A DNA stretch of 53,265 bases, taken from NCBI GenBank assembly GCA_021432655.1, contig MU271493.1, positions 1-53,265 on the forward strand, read 5' to 3'. Position numbers and translations under genes: made by a program. Positions 12,968-26,130 of the stretch are shown one piece after another (positions within the stretch are counted from its first letter, which is position 1; every line of letters starts with the position of its first letter). The DNA comes from Atractiella rhizophila. Lineage: Eukaryota. The notes beneath the pieces were generated by a model. The model saw nothing but the letters and a program-made list of their open reading frames with translations, was not told the origin of the DNA and made no database searches.

Positions 12968-14520
12968 ATGAGTTCCTTTCCTCGCCCAGATGGTGAACAA
13001 CCAAAATCCAGACCAACATCTCAGTATTCTCACCACTCTAACACCTCTTCTGCTGGGTACCAACACTGGGATTCTGTCCCAGCATCTCGCATTCGGGCTA
13101 ATCCACCTCCAGAGCATTTTGGTAAGTCTGAATTGAGCTTGTGAGTTGTGTTGATGTTGAGCCAGTGATTGTCAGACCTCCTCCGTCGAATACAACCCAT
13201 CCCCTCAATTTGCAAGTCCAGTTGCTCCTTACTCCCAACGTCAAATCTGCTTCGAGGAGTTCTACCGTTAACTCGATCAATGCGCTCCAGAGTCCTAGTG
13301 AACTCGAGAGTGGTTTGAGAGATAGTTTTACAGCTGTCGCTGTTACTTCACCCGTTGGCACTTTGTTTCCGGGCAAAGAACCGGAAGGTGGTGAGAATTC
13401 ACGAGATGCCGGCGATTCGCGCCTTTCTAGGAGTCCCAGCACGAGTAGTCGAGGCAGCATCGCGAGCACAGCAGAGAGCACCAATAGCGTTACTCGCAAA
13501 AGTCGTGTGATGGCGCTTTACAACCTATCATGGCACAAGTAAGTACTCATGCTTGAACTCCCGTGCCAGGTTAAGACTGGACTCAGTGTTCTTACAACCA
13601 CCGTCACGGATTCCGGCACAGATGAAAAGATTGCGAAATTTCTCCGCAGAGGAGAGAGCATCGAGATAATCGGTCTGAATGAAATAATCCCCATCCCGGT
13701 CTTCTCTTCTCCAGCCGTAGTCTCCGCCACTCCTTCCTCCACGTCATTATACGACTCGAAAAGAGAAGAGGGACCATCGATCCCCCCCCAGACAAGTTCA
13801 TTTTTTGGTAGATTTAAGAAAACGTTTCTGCCCAAAGCCGATCCTCTCACAGGTACCAACTCCGTTCGGAGCTCCATCGATGGGTCAAAGCTGAACATCC
13901 TGAATCGGAACAAATCTAGCTCATCGATGGCCAACTCAGAAGTTAACTTGGCGTTTGCTGAAGAAGGCACGGAAGATGTGAAGCGAGCGAAGGCATATCG
14001 CTGGGTTGTGAAGCGTTGGATCAAGCAAGGCATGGAAGGGGCAGAGTGGTCTCTTGAATGGAAAAAGAAGCGAAGGCAATCTGAGCGCAGGAGAACTGAA
14101 GGTGAAGAGCACAAAAGCAAATCCTCCCAACGCGACCACTCACGAGCCCTTGCTTCCGCAGGCCAGGAGACTAACATCTCTGAGGATTTGGAAAAGCCAG
14201 CATCAGGTGTGGAAAGTGTGGATGAGTCTGATCCAGAAGATTCTGAATCTCCGTGGATCTGTCAACTCCAGCTTCCTAACTCACGAGGTGTTATGTTGTC
14301 AAATCTTTCTCCCGCTCCACATCACCCCCGCATCATTGCCCAGTTAACCATGCCGTACAATCTCAGAAGCGAAGGCGGATTGACAGTTGAGGAGCTGAAG
14401 GATATGGTCTTCGTTACCTCACTTTGGCTTCTGATCAGGGAAAGGCTAGGAGGCTTGGGGATGAAGAGGAAGGGGGACTCAGACAGGAGGAGCGGTCTTA
14501 AACTGGGAGTGACACGATAG
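12968..14520 (+). CDS. Conserved basidiomycete hypothetical protein (3 exons)
   Basis: ATG at 12968, GT-AG introns near 13122 and 13539. Blocks VIVRPPPS..HPLNLQVQL, VTDSGTDEKIAKF, YRWVVKRW and PAPHHPRIIAQL..EELKDMVFVTSLWLLIRE. Confidence 0.75.
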
Positions 14521-16126
14521 TTTTACAATGCTCCGGCATCATGAAGCTTGTCACACGATCTGTCCAAATCTGTTGCCCTTGAACAACATGAAACAAGAAT
14601 TGAGTTGAGACTTTCAGGGCGGAAAACGCAGGCAATCAACCTCACCACAGTTACTCTGCTTGCATTTCCTGTATTGAGGGACAGGAATGACACTGAATGT
14701 TGACTGCTACAGAGGGAGTTGAATTGATGATGCTTGTCACGTGGAATTCACGTAGGGAGCTTAAAGCTGTCCTTGGATTCAGAGATTCAAGTTATCCTAT
14801 ATATAAATACAAGCATACCATTGGAATAATGCGTGTTGCTGCCCTTCTGAACCATACGAAGTAAACTTATTTACAGAGGGTAAAACCTTTTGTCACGACT
14901 CAGTTACGTTTCTTCGTGAGTGACACATTACCTTGCATTACCGTTACTAAACGTTTGTAAACTGTTCAATTTGTGTTGTCGTGTAGTTGGTGCATGTTGA
15001 AAACTCGATGTGGGGGTTGGTGTTGATATCAACACTTCATGACATGACCTAAGTTTGTGTCAGGTGCCATACGTTCAGTGCTGTTAAGTGCTTGCAGGCA
15101 GATGCTCAATTGTAATGCAGAAGATCAACCTGAAGATATGAAGAGGCATCCATGCTGAAAGTTTGAAAGGCATCTTCAATCAAGAACTAAGACTTCAGCG
15201 TCATTAGGAAGCAAATTAAGAGGTGGGCAGTGTGTTAAAGCCATCTCAAAACACAAGCAAAGCTGGTTTGTCAATGAAAGGGTCAATAGAAGTGAAAGGA
15301 GGTAGACATAGCTTCTTGACTTTGTGGAAGAAGTCTACTACAAGCTAATATTTACCGGGCAAGCCCGTATGTTATCAACAAGCAGATATCATCAAAGTGC
15401 TAATCCATTTGGGTTTCAGGGAAAGGCCATAGTAAACAAGATTTAGAAATTTTTTTGGGCACCGATTATGAACAAATGCTAATTGTTATTGTACACATAT
15501 TTTGTTCGATTTGGGAGGAGCAGGCTTTGAATTCAAGTGTTAGCAGAGGGAAAGGAGTTGACAATAAGGGTTAGGGACAGAGCCATGAATACCTGCATTA
15601 TATCCAAAACAAATGAGATTTGGAACATCAAGCAAATGTGATAAGTACTTCTCCTATATGTTACAAGTTTTGAGTGAGCACACTAAGCTTTCTACCTTGG
15701 GCCATTTCCAGTTGCTTGCCTTTAAGAAAAATGTAACAGTACACTTCAAATCCAAAGTCCCAATCTGCTTTTAATGGAGAAGGGTATCAGCTTCATACGT
15801 AAAAGATGGAGAATACTATCAGTGAGATATGGTGTCATGGAGTGTTTGATTTTCAGGATCAAGGCTCTCTTTGGACTTGGTGAATTCTAAGTAAATATTG
15901 AGAGAAAGGTAAGTGTGAGGATGATGTCAATCCATTTTTCAATACAATGAGTAAGAGACTGGAAGAGTAAATATGGGTAAACACTCTGGAGAAATGAATT
16001 TTGAATGTAGACATATAAGTGAATTAGAGGAGAAGTGAATTGGGAGAGGGAAAAAATTCTTATATCTGAGATGTATACTTGGAAGTTGGAGTAAGGAATT
16101 TCAATCAGGGAAGTGCTTGAATAGAG

Positions 16127-16498
16127 TTGACCTGGACAGGTTGGGGCATTATAAAATCAACAGCCCTAACGAAGCCACAGGCACCACTAAGCATAGCTGG
16201 CACTTAACTTGTTTGGTATGCTACAAAGTCTAGAAAAACCTGGTGAAAGATGCCTGCTCATCAAATAGGACCAGACATTAGACATTGATCCTACTGTGAA
16301 TCCACTCCTCTTCCTTAAGATTAATGCTTCCCTCATCTAGTTCTTCAATTCTTCCTTTTTGATGACCGGGCATGTTTCGCCAGGTCTTTCTAGACTTCAT
16401 AGTATACCAAACAAGTGGAGTGCTAGCAGTGCTTAGAGTGGTGCCTGTGGCTTCGTTAGGGCTGTTGATTCTATGACACTTCAACTTGTCTAGGTCAA
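16127..16498. repeat. Foldback / MITE-like inverted repeat (~144 bp arms, ~80 bp spacer)
   Basis: 16127-16270 is the imperfect reverse complement of 16353-16498, with a perfect core AATCAACAGCCCTAACGAAGCCACAGGCACCACT. Confidence 0.85.
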
Positions 16499-17291
16499 AA
16501 AGGACACACTTTATGGAAATAAAAATGGAATTGGAGCTAGATATGGTAGGAGGAGCTGGGTGGACAGAAATGGAGAGGAGGTAAAGAGATGCAGAAGATA
16601 TGACCGGAGGGGGCTAGAAGACGTGGAAGTATGGTAGATATAAAGGTCAGACTCTGGGGATGTGACCTTTCATAAGTGTAGCTTTAAGAGAAGTGTCGTT
16701 CTCCTTAGCTACAGAAATGGCGTTTGCAAGCTTAATCTCATACTTTCCAATATGGAAAACATAATCCCATGTAACCAGGAGACATTAGAAGTAGTAATCT
16801 CACAGGAGTAAGTCTTTTGCCTTTATCTCTGGAAGGTATCAAAATATCATTATCTGTATCTGAGGATGGGTCTTCCTGGTGAGATGCAAGGATGGAAAGA
16901 ATCCATCTGATTTAGCATCTGCAGGAGGGCTGAACACTTTCTGAAAAAGTGGCACATTTTCCAAAGACTGTAGCATTCCTGGCCTCTGGGATTATAAGTC
17001 AGAAATCACCTCTTTTAACAGGCCAAAGCTGAAGTAATTATCTATCATTATTGAGCTGATGTAGTAAATGTAGTAAGCAGATTGAAGCCATGATGCTAGT
17101 GAGGAGTTGAATGGGAACAAGGTGGTTGTCATCTCATTAACTCAGCATTATATCTTCACACTTAATGGTTAATCCAACAGCACTCTTTCAAAGACCAAGC
17201 TGTCCCCTCTATTCATTTCTTGCTCCAGAGAAGCCACATGTTTTGAAGAAGATGCCCTGCAACTCAAAACTGGTTGATGAGTTTTGGACGC

Positions 17292-17638
17292 TGTCGAAAA
17301 TGATCGAAAAATCCGAAAAAGTTTAGTGGCCTTTTATTTAAGTAAGGCTATCAAGTAGGGAGGCTGCCGAGTAGAGTGGATATCCTAAGTATTATTATAA
17401 TGATATAAGAGAGATACTGACCTGCCCAGTAGAGTGGATACCCTAAGAGAACCTATCTGGATATCTCACTCCATTGGTAGAGGTATTTAAACACAGACAG
17501 CCACAAATTCCAGAATGTTCCAGCATATTCCACTGTTAACTTTATTTTCCACACCTGATAGAACCTTCTAGGCCATTTACCACATATTCCAGAATATGAG
17601 TCATGCTCAATAAGTGAACCATGACACAACCACTGACA
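17292..17638. mobile_element. Probable solo LTR
   Basis: TGTC...GACA termini; flanks ACGC / ACAC (a 4-bp TSD with one CpG-type change); internal 26-bp direct repeat CTGCC.AGTAGAGTGGATA.CCTAAG. Confidence 0.45.
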
Positions 17639-18529
17639 ACACATCTGGTATACATGTGACTTTTAGGTGTTACCTTGAAAGCTATGTGTAATCTTTACTG
17701 CTGCCCTTTTAGGGACATGCTGCTTTACTTGATTGTAATTACCAGGTGAAAGTAACCAAATAGAAGTGTAAAGAATGGGCACTTTGTTCTTCAATTCATT
17801 GGTTTCAAACGCTTTTGTTGCCTTCATCTGTCTTGACTACCATACAAAGGGTATCCTAATCCCTTCATTTATGCCTTTGTTTTGTAAGTTTTGAAAAACA
17901 TCCAAAAAAGTCTGATTTTCTGATCCCTCTCTAGGTTTTAACATCAATATTGCTGTTCACTGGAGCGACATTATTTCAGTCTGGGCCTCTGATACGATGG
18001 ATATGATACAGGCTCTGGAGTGGCTAAGAATAACCAAAGGCCTTTCTAATTTGATAGCCCTCATCACCTGGAATAGTACACTTTCTTTTTGGGATGGCCT
18101 CAGACCAACAGCCAATGAACTTAACTAAAAGAGCGGATGATGGGAGTTTATATCCATCGTCTGTACTTGAGGAATGTCAGACAACTAACCCTGACATTTC
18201 TTTGGTTAGTGGTCTTGTAGTGTTGACTTAGGGGTTGGTATTAATGTGGTGTAAATCTTGGTTAAAATAATACCACCGAACTCTATGGAACACAATTGAC
18301 ACAGTGTAGTTTGAGCATATTAATGATATATGATAGTGCTATATTATTGCGATTGTTTCTGGTGTCTTGAATAGTGCTCGAATCAAGTGTTTCTATAGTA
18401 CAGGAAGTGTAGTCCCAACCTCAGTGCTACAGCGTGAGTCACGATGACTCATAGCCCAAATTGTATTGCATTTTTTGAAAGTCATTTTTCTTTGACTGAA
18501 CGGCCTTGCTGTTGAAAACATGACTTCTT

Positions 18530-21500
18530 TCATTCCCATGGCTCTTCAACTTTTTTGATCCTGATCACCACCTTTAAGAATGAAATGAAATACCTTGCCA
18601 GGCTCCCACTTTTCAATTGTGTATTTAGGAAAACCTCTTCAATATCTTCTTACTTCTACATATGAACTTATGGATTGGCTTTTCCAAAGGGTCAACATGG
18701 AGATGGACTTAACGAGGACCTCAATGCACTCTTTGGTCTGGAACTACTTCCTCTTTCTGGGCCTGCCTCCATCCATTAAGCTCCACAAGCCTTATACCAG
18801 ACCTATCGTGGTTTTTATGATCTGTCAAGATCAGAATTGTTCATCAGTACCCCAAAGAAGATGTCTCCATTCTTGCAGTCCAGGCATGATCATGAGCATT
18901 TCTTTGTCGTAGGTATCATAGTTCTTCTGGGCAGCATCAAGCGATTTTAACACAAAATAGAGAGGGTGAAACTTGCTATCAGGCTTCCTTTGGGACAAAA
19001 TGGCACTGTCGCGAAATTTGGCACTTCAACTTTGAGCAAAGATTGCCCTGTCAGTACAGGATGTGCCAAAACAGGCGCCAAATCATGAGCTGTTTTAAAG
19101 CAGTGAACGAATGTTACTGATCTATCCCCACCAACCCAGGAAACTTCAATTTTTGTCAGTTCATATAAAGGCTGTGTGATGTGACTGAATCTGTGACAAA
19201 GCGGCAATAGAAGTTAGGAAAACCGAGGAACCATTTGGACTTCCTTCCCGTTTTTCAGTTCTGGCCAATCCATCACTCCTGCGACGTTTACAGGATCTGG
19301 TTTGATCCCTCTACTGGAAATGATCAAATCTAGATACTCTACCTCATCTTAACACTGACCACATTTCTGTAAATTTATGTAAAGCCCATTTTTACGCAAA
19401 ATTTGACAAACTTGACAAACACTTTCCCAGTGTTCCTTTTCAGTCTGTCACAATCAGGGTATTGTCGATGTATATGAAGATGAATGCAGTGGCGATCATT
19501 GTGCGAAACATAGAAGAATTCAGGAAAGCCTAAAAGGTCACTGGTGAGTTGTAAAGTCCGAAAAATGGTTTGAAAAGTCTGCGATTTGCGTGAAATAGCA
19601 CTTTGTGCCTATCTCCTTCTTTGATGTGAACATTGTTGAAACAAAATTTTCTTACCAGAGACCAGGGAGAAGAGGTCAGCTTGGATAGGGAGTGGAGTTT
19701 TGTCCTTGACTGTGGCATCACTCAACTTGTGATAGTCAAAAAGGGAACAAAGTTCAGGTGAGTCCTTTTTGTGCATAAAAATGCGGAAGTGCCATGATCT
19801 CCTGTGCCAGGGCAAATACGATCAGCACTCAGTTCAGGATTGATGAATTGGTCCAGCGCAGCTTATTCGTCTCTTTTAAGGGGTAGACAGGACCAGCATA
19901 TGGTTGAGCTTCTGGTTTGAGGTTGGTATTTCAAGGTTGTCAGGAAGGAAGTGAGGTTTTGAATTCTTTGTCGATAATAATATCGGCAAAGTCAGCAATT
20001 TGTGCCGGTATTTCAACAACGTTCTTTGGTCTCATTGCCGCTATATCTTTCAGCGCTTTCTGCAATTTCATCCTGGCGGCTCATATCAAGGCAGATAATG
20101 ATGGAAGTTGGTTGGTGGGGCAGCGAGAGAACTCAACGTTCCCTGATGCCCAGTTAATATCTAGGTTGTGGTGTCTTAGCCAGTCATGACCAGAATCATG
20201 TCAGCCATCCTCAACTACACCACTACGAATTGCCAAACTTTGTGATGAGCGGCAATCGAAATGGGTAAATAAGTGAAAGAATGGATGGAACCCTCTTGAT
20301 TGACATATCGGTTAATATTGCAAATGGGCACTGGGGAAGGAAGTTCAGTGACTGGTAGATTATATGTGGAAATGAGTTTGGGGAAATAAAGGAAGTGGTG
20401 GGCCGCTGTTGACAAGCGCCGATTGGCATGTCGGCAATAGGAATGTGGATAATGATATGCAGACCTGAGTTCCTTTTCGAACTAAGAAATGTGGTTGTCT
20501 TGTTGTACATTTTTGTGACATCTGCACATCTTTGTCTTCAAGAGGGAAACACAACTTGGAGAAGGGAAATCTGTGCAAAGCAGCACTTTATTGGAAGTAA
20601 TTTTAGGTGATGAAATGAATTGCAAGTCAGTGATGAGGACACTCCTTTCACCCATCACCGTATCAAAAATCCTCATCCAGATCCGCCAATGGAGTAACAC
20701 ACTCACTGGCAACTGGTCAGCAATATGTGCAGATTGTCGTTCTTGTTCTACAAGACGAGTGTCAAAATATTCTTCTTGTGCATGAAGATATTTCTCTTTG
20801 CTCATGGACATCTTGCATTCCTTCTCTCTGTGTCCCATTTTTTGGCATCTTTAACCACGATCGGGTCTGAATGAACTTTGTTACATCTACCTCCATATCA
20901 TCATGGTCTTCAGCTTCATTTGTGAAGTGACGATTGGTGACAAAGCGGCACTTGGACAGTATGTTGTCCTTCTATTTCATTGATTTTGAGTGATCTTTCT
21001 TTGCTGAAGGTGTATTTTGGCTTCCACTCGTCTGCAATGAGATGCCTCGAAAGAAGCTAGAATGTGTGAATTCTTCTGCGTTGATTCGCAGCATTTTTTC
21101 CTTCCACTCTTCAAGGGACTTGGAGTTGTGTTATCTTAAGGTATAGGACGGGATTGAGCCCACATTTGAAGAAGAAGGTGAGCACCTCATCATCAAAGTC
21201 TGCCTGATTGGTCAACTCCTCAAACTTGATGATGTAGGATTCCAGGTTGCCTTCTGTTGAAGAGAAGATAGCTTCGTTTGCACAATAAGTTTGTGGTCAA
21301 TTTTGCAAAAAAGGTGTTTTGAACTCCAACAAAAATTGCTCCAACGAAATGTATTCCTTATTTTTGACAAGTCGACACAGTAACCTAGCAGCAAATTTTT
21401 CAGTGTCTCCTTCCTTTATATATGACAGAGTAAGTAAAATCTTTGACTGTTCTGAGGGGAACTGTTCTGGGATGGCAGATGTGTAGGCGTAAATTTTGTA

Positions 21501-22222
21501 AAGAAAAGTTGATGCCAAGCTGGGCACTCCTTTGAAGATAGAAGGTGGGGCAAGTCTGATACCTGCATAAGGTGAAACTTGTGTAGTTTGAGGTATAGAG
21601 GGGGAGGAATGTGTCAGAGATGTCGGGTCTATCTTGGATGTAAGAGGGAAGTGGCCCCACTGTCTCTGGCAGATGGCAGTCTGGAGTGCAGCAGTTGTAG
21701 GATTTCTTTGTTTGTGTTTTGGATGGCGGACCTCAGTTGCACTATTTTCGTCAACTTTATAAGCTTTGGTTCTGAATTGATTTTTCAAAAATTGAGAGAG
21801 TATCTAACACTATGTATGGTCACCAACAGGCGATGCGTCTATAGTGGAGATAGATAACCTAAGTGGATGATATGATATGACAAGACTAACCTGTAGCAGA
21901 GAGAGAATACTCTAAGGTCACCTCCACTACTCTCCAATCGATATATAAGCGGAACAACACTGCTACAAAGTGTAGAAGAGAGCAGACGAAACATGTAAGT
22001 AAATCAAAAAGGGAAAGCGACAGAGGGATTGCGGGGTTAATACGAGGAGAATAGACACAACTGGGCTAAGTGGTGAGTGTAAATGGGCCAACAGGCGACA
22101 AGGAGACAGGGTGGCGAGGGGCGCCGATTGTAGAATGCAAACGGGCAAAGAGGACCTGATTCATGGGGAACACCAATCGGCGATAGGAGACATAATCCAG
22201 CAAACTGGTGCCGATTTGCACA
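18530..22222 (-). mobile_element. Degenerate Ty3/gypsy LTR retrotransposon (gag, protease, RT, RNase H relics; possible LTR ~21971-22222)
   Basis: Gag FPSEQSKILLTLSYIKEG (21297-21788); knuckle remnant CQKMGHREKEC (~20840); protease ALVNSG (~20410); RT DYHKLSDATVKDKTPLP, FGLYNSPVTF, FIYIDN (~19465); RNase H NYDTYDKEML..WRHLL (~18870-18925). Many stops and frameshifts. Confidence 0.85.
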
Positions 22223-23712
22223 AGATGCAAACCTGATAGTGCTGTGTGGTGAGTATTATTTGGAGAGAAGGAGATAGAGGATATAGAAGAGGAGATCAAG
22301 AGAGATCTGGTGAAGGCAGTAAGGAATTATCACTGGAAAGCATTTGGAGAGGATGAGAAAGATTTGAGTGTTCTTGAGTGGATTAAGAAGAAGCTAGAGC
22401 TGACTGAGGAAGACAATGCTTTGAAGAACATTCCGGTGAGTCAACTGGAGTGTGAGGTAGAGAAGTTTTGGAGAATGTGAAATTATAAAAGAATATGTGA
22501 AGGACAAGGGGAAGGTGATGAAAGGATTGTTGAAGGCAGAGAAGAAGATGGATAATGTTGGATAGGACAAACAGAAGGAGGCAGAGAACATGTTTACATG
22601 AAACAATCCTCAATTTCTGCTTTGCTAATGTTGAATAACCTAACATTTTGAGACTTAAGGTTGCTTGTAACGTCATAAGAGCTTTTTACAAGCAAATTGG
22701 GTTTTACAAGTAAATTACGGGTTAATAACGTGTTAATTAAGAGGGCTCTGAGGGACTATGCCCCCAACCCCCTTTTAAGGTCTATTACAACGATATTATG
22801 TCAATAATATGGGTTTCCATCCCACAAGGGGGTTGTCGGTAAATAACTGAGCATTTCAGTTTCTTACTGGACCCTGGTAAGGACAACTCAAACTCTCCTC
22901 AAAGTTCCACTCCTTCTACTCCTCTCCCTCACTCCACAGAAACTTGGTGACAGTTGAATTGAAGCATCTGAAGGTTCCTGTCAATGACTTGAAGCAGGTC
23001 TCACAGGATAAAAGCTGGATTTTGATACAGTCAACCTGTAGAAGGTGTAGGACAGGCTGAACAGTATTGAGAATGAGCAGTTGTGGTGAGATGTGGTTGA
23101 TGGGCAAGGCAGGAGAGGGACAAAGGAAGACGCTGTAATCGTTCCTCCTTTCCCTTATCTCCTTGCTTAGGAACAAACTTTTGCGGATTCAAGCCTAATG
23201 CCGCATAATTCCATAGACTGGCAACCTTACGCAATCCAATTCACGTTGTTGCTGTTGTCATAAGTCCTGGTTTAAGCAGGTTTGAAAAAGTCGCAAATCC
23301 TGCACCTTCTGACATTGCCACTGTTTATTTTTTTGAATCAGAGCTTGCGTGTGGCAACTCGCGATATACTCGGCGCTAGTCAAGCTGAAAATATGAAGGG
23401 TCGTCGAAGGAGCTCGTTTCGCAAACCCTCTATTCAATATTTTGATTTCGACTCGTCATTTCCCTCAACACTATCCACCAGGCAAACACCAAACCTAAGT
23501 CCACCCTATCCGAGCAGAGCAGCACGACCACCAGCGAAACAATATCCCGTACCACCGCTTTTTCCGGGGCCTCAGGCCTCATCCTTCAAGTCCTTCAAGC
23601 TTCCTCTAGCAGTAATTTTGGAGAGCCCATATAAGTGAGACTAAACTAAGGACTCGTGAGAAGGCAGCGGCCGCCGTTTCTTAATACCCATAAGTAGCTT
23701 CTGTTCTGGATT

Positions 23713-25937
23713 ATGAGCAACCGCTCTCAGGCTATTCCTATTGTTCATCCGAGTGCTGCAGCAGCTTCTGCGCCAGCAACGAGGGTTTCTACCCCGCGAA
23801 TAAAGGCAGCCAGTAAGCTTCCCAAGCCTTGCTACCTAATCTGAACGTCCTCCAGAACAGCCAACGAGTCACATCTGCCGCAACTTTGCAATCTGTGGCT
23901 TCTGTGAATTCGAGGGCAATGGTTGTCCGCACAGCCACGGAGATACTGTATGTGTCTGCTTTAACAATATGTGCAGCTTGCATAGTTAGTCAGCAGGGAC
24001 ATGGTTCTGCTGCTGTCGCTAGCACAGAGCTTCCGGGTCGTGCCTCAAACTCCATTTCAGCTGAGCATTTAAACGCCCCGATCTTTGTACCCAGAGGTCT
24101 GGGTGAAACATCCTTGTGAGTTCTAATTGATTCGTCAGTACTTTCAATAGGGCTGACTTGAATTTGAAGACCTCCGCCTCCCTCTGTAAGAAATCCTTCT
24201 CCCTTACAAGAGTCTAAGTCGTGTGCTCCAAGTATCGGAACTATGGACGTAGGGCGGACTCATTAGTTGAAAGACAAACTTCAGGATCTGCTGCGACACA
24301 CCCTGATTTGAGCACTGGTATGTGTGCAGCCCTACAGTTTCAAAATCTCAAACTTCACAGAGCATCTTTTCGAATATCCGGGCAGCTCAGCGCTTCGGCA
24401 GGATTTCGCGAACCGACTGGCATTGCTGCAACCTGGTAGCCAGTTGAACTCTTTACCTTCCCGTGTCCACAACTACCACAGCCTTCAGCGTCTTGAGGAG
24501 TCTTCCTCTGCTTTTGCTTCGTATAAAAGTTCGACGTATCGCGCTGTATCATGCGAGGATGGTGAATACTACGTCCTCAAACGGATTGAAGGCTTGGTTT
24601 CTCCAGGATGGCGAGTATAATCTGACTTTACAATAGGCTTTAGGCTCCACTTCGAGAAGGCCATTACCGCAGTAGAGAAGTGGACACTTTTCCGCCATCC
24701 AAGCATCGGGCAGCTCAAAGAGGCGTTCACCACAAAGTCTTTCGGAGATCAATGTATGCAGTTTAACTCAGATGTTCTCACGTTGATGAAAATTAGCTAT
24801 TGTTTTCGTCTACGAGTACTATCCTGGGGCGAAGAGCCTCAAACAAGCGAATTTCTGGCAGAATCCGTCATTGAATCCTACTGTGCATGAGAAAAGCCTT
24901 TGGTCTTACATCTTACAGATTGTTATTGCTGTGAAAGCCGTTCACAGCCGCGGGTTAGCAGTGCGCTTCCCGGAAAGCTCATGTCTACTGTTCCTTCCTT
25001 CGAATCGGTCCGTGACTCTTATTTTCGTCCGCAGATATCAACTCAACCAGCTCTCAGTATACGTGTGGCCACATGTGGTATCCTTGATGTCCTGTTTTAT
25101 GACGGCGACTCGCTTAGTGATCATCAAGCAAGTCGTGCTACGATCACTCTGTGGCTACTGACACAACAGACAGACCGCAGACTTTACACAACTTGGCAAC
25201 ATTATTGTGTCTATGGCGTGCAACTTCTCCTTCGACTTACATAAAGCTATGGAATGGATCTCGACGCATTATTCCCCCAATCTCACCCGCTTACTACGGT
25301 ATCTTCTTGCTCCACCACCTAGCCCAAAAAATCTGGACGATGTTTTGATAATCTGCTCGTCAAACCTACCGGATGTGTTGCAGACAAATCTAGAGTGAGT
25401 ACGTTCGCTCGTGAGCCTTGTCTGCTTTAACAGGCAAGCAATCCAGAACGAGTGAAGCATTGGAAAAGAACCTTCTTCTTGAAATAGGCGACTCGCAAAA
25501 GTTCAAACTCCTATGTAAACTTTCATTCATCAATGAACGTCCAGAGTATGTTGCCACTTCTAATTTCTGACTATAATCGAGTTCTGATAGTAACACCAGA
25601 TTTCAGCGTGATCCGCGATGGTCAGAGACTGGTGATCGCTATTTGCTAAAACTATTTAGGGACTACGTATTCCACCAGGTCGATGAGCACGGAAATCCAG
25701 TCCTAGACCTGTCTCACGTTATAACATGCATGAATAAGGTAAGTCGATGACTGCCAGGGCCTTGTTATTCTTATTCTAACTGGTTCCTTGTAGCTTGACG
25801 CTGGTGTCGACGAAATGCTGTCGCTTGTGAATTCTGACGAGCAGACCTGCATAATCGTCTCTTACAATGAGTTGAAGTCCTGCGTGAATTCAGCATTTCT
25901 GGAGTTAGAGGCAGAGGCGCTAAAGTGCAACATTTAA
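23713..25937 (+). CDS. PAN3: PAN2-PAN3 deadenylase subunit Pan3 (CCCH finger, PAM2-like motif, pseudokinase)
   Basis: [21 protein letters not shown] finger, [67 protein letters not shown]...IIVSYNELK. Confidence 0.93.
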
Positions 25938-26130
25938 ACTGGCAATTGCACGCGAGGTACCAAGTCAACGAAAATTTAATAACTGGATAAAACATCATGT
26001 TTCATGTAAAGAAATAATGCAAGTTTGAAGCTAATCTGCAACTGCTGATTTCAAAGAAACGAAGGAACGAGGGACCATGAAAAAGCGAAGTGGCTCATGC
26101 TGTAACACTATCTACGAAATGCAAAACTGA

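Noticed and set aside
14521..16100. Possible gene or DNA-transposon remnant in the long intergenic region
   Set aside because: No ORF of 60 aa or more and no motif recognisable in manual translation.
22250..22680. Purine-rich coding-like plus-strand stretch (LFGEKEIEDIEEEIKRDLVKAV...)
   Set aside because: Interrupted by stops and unassignable; probably decayed TE sequence.
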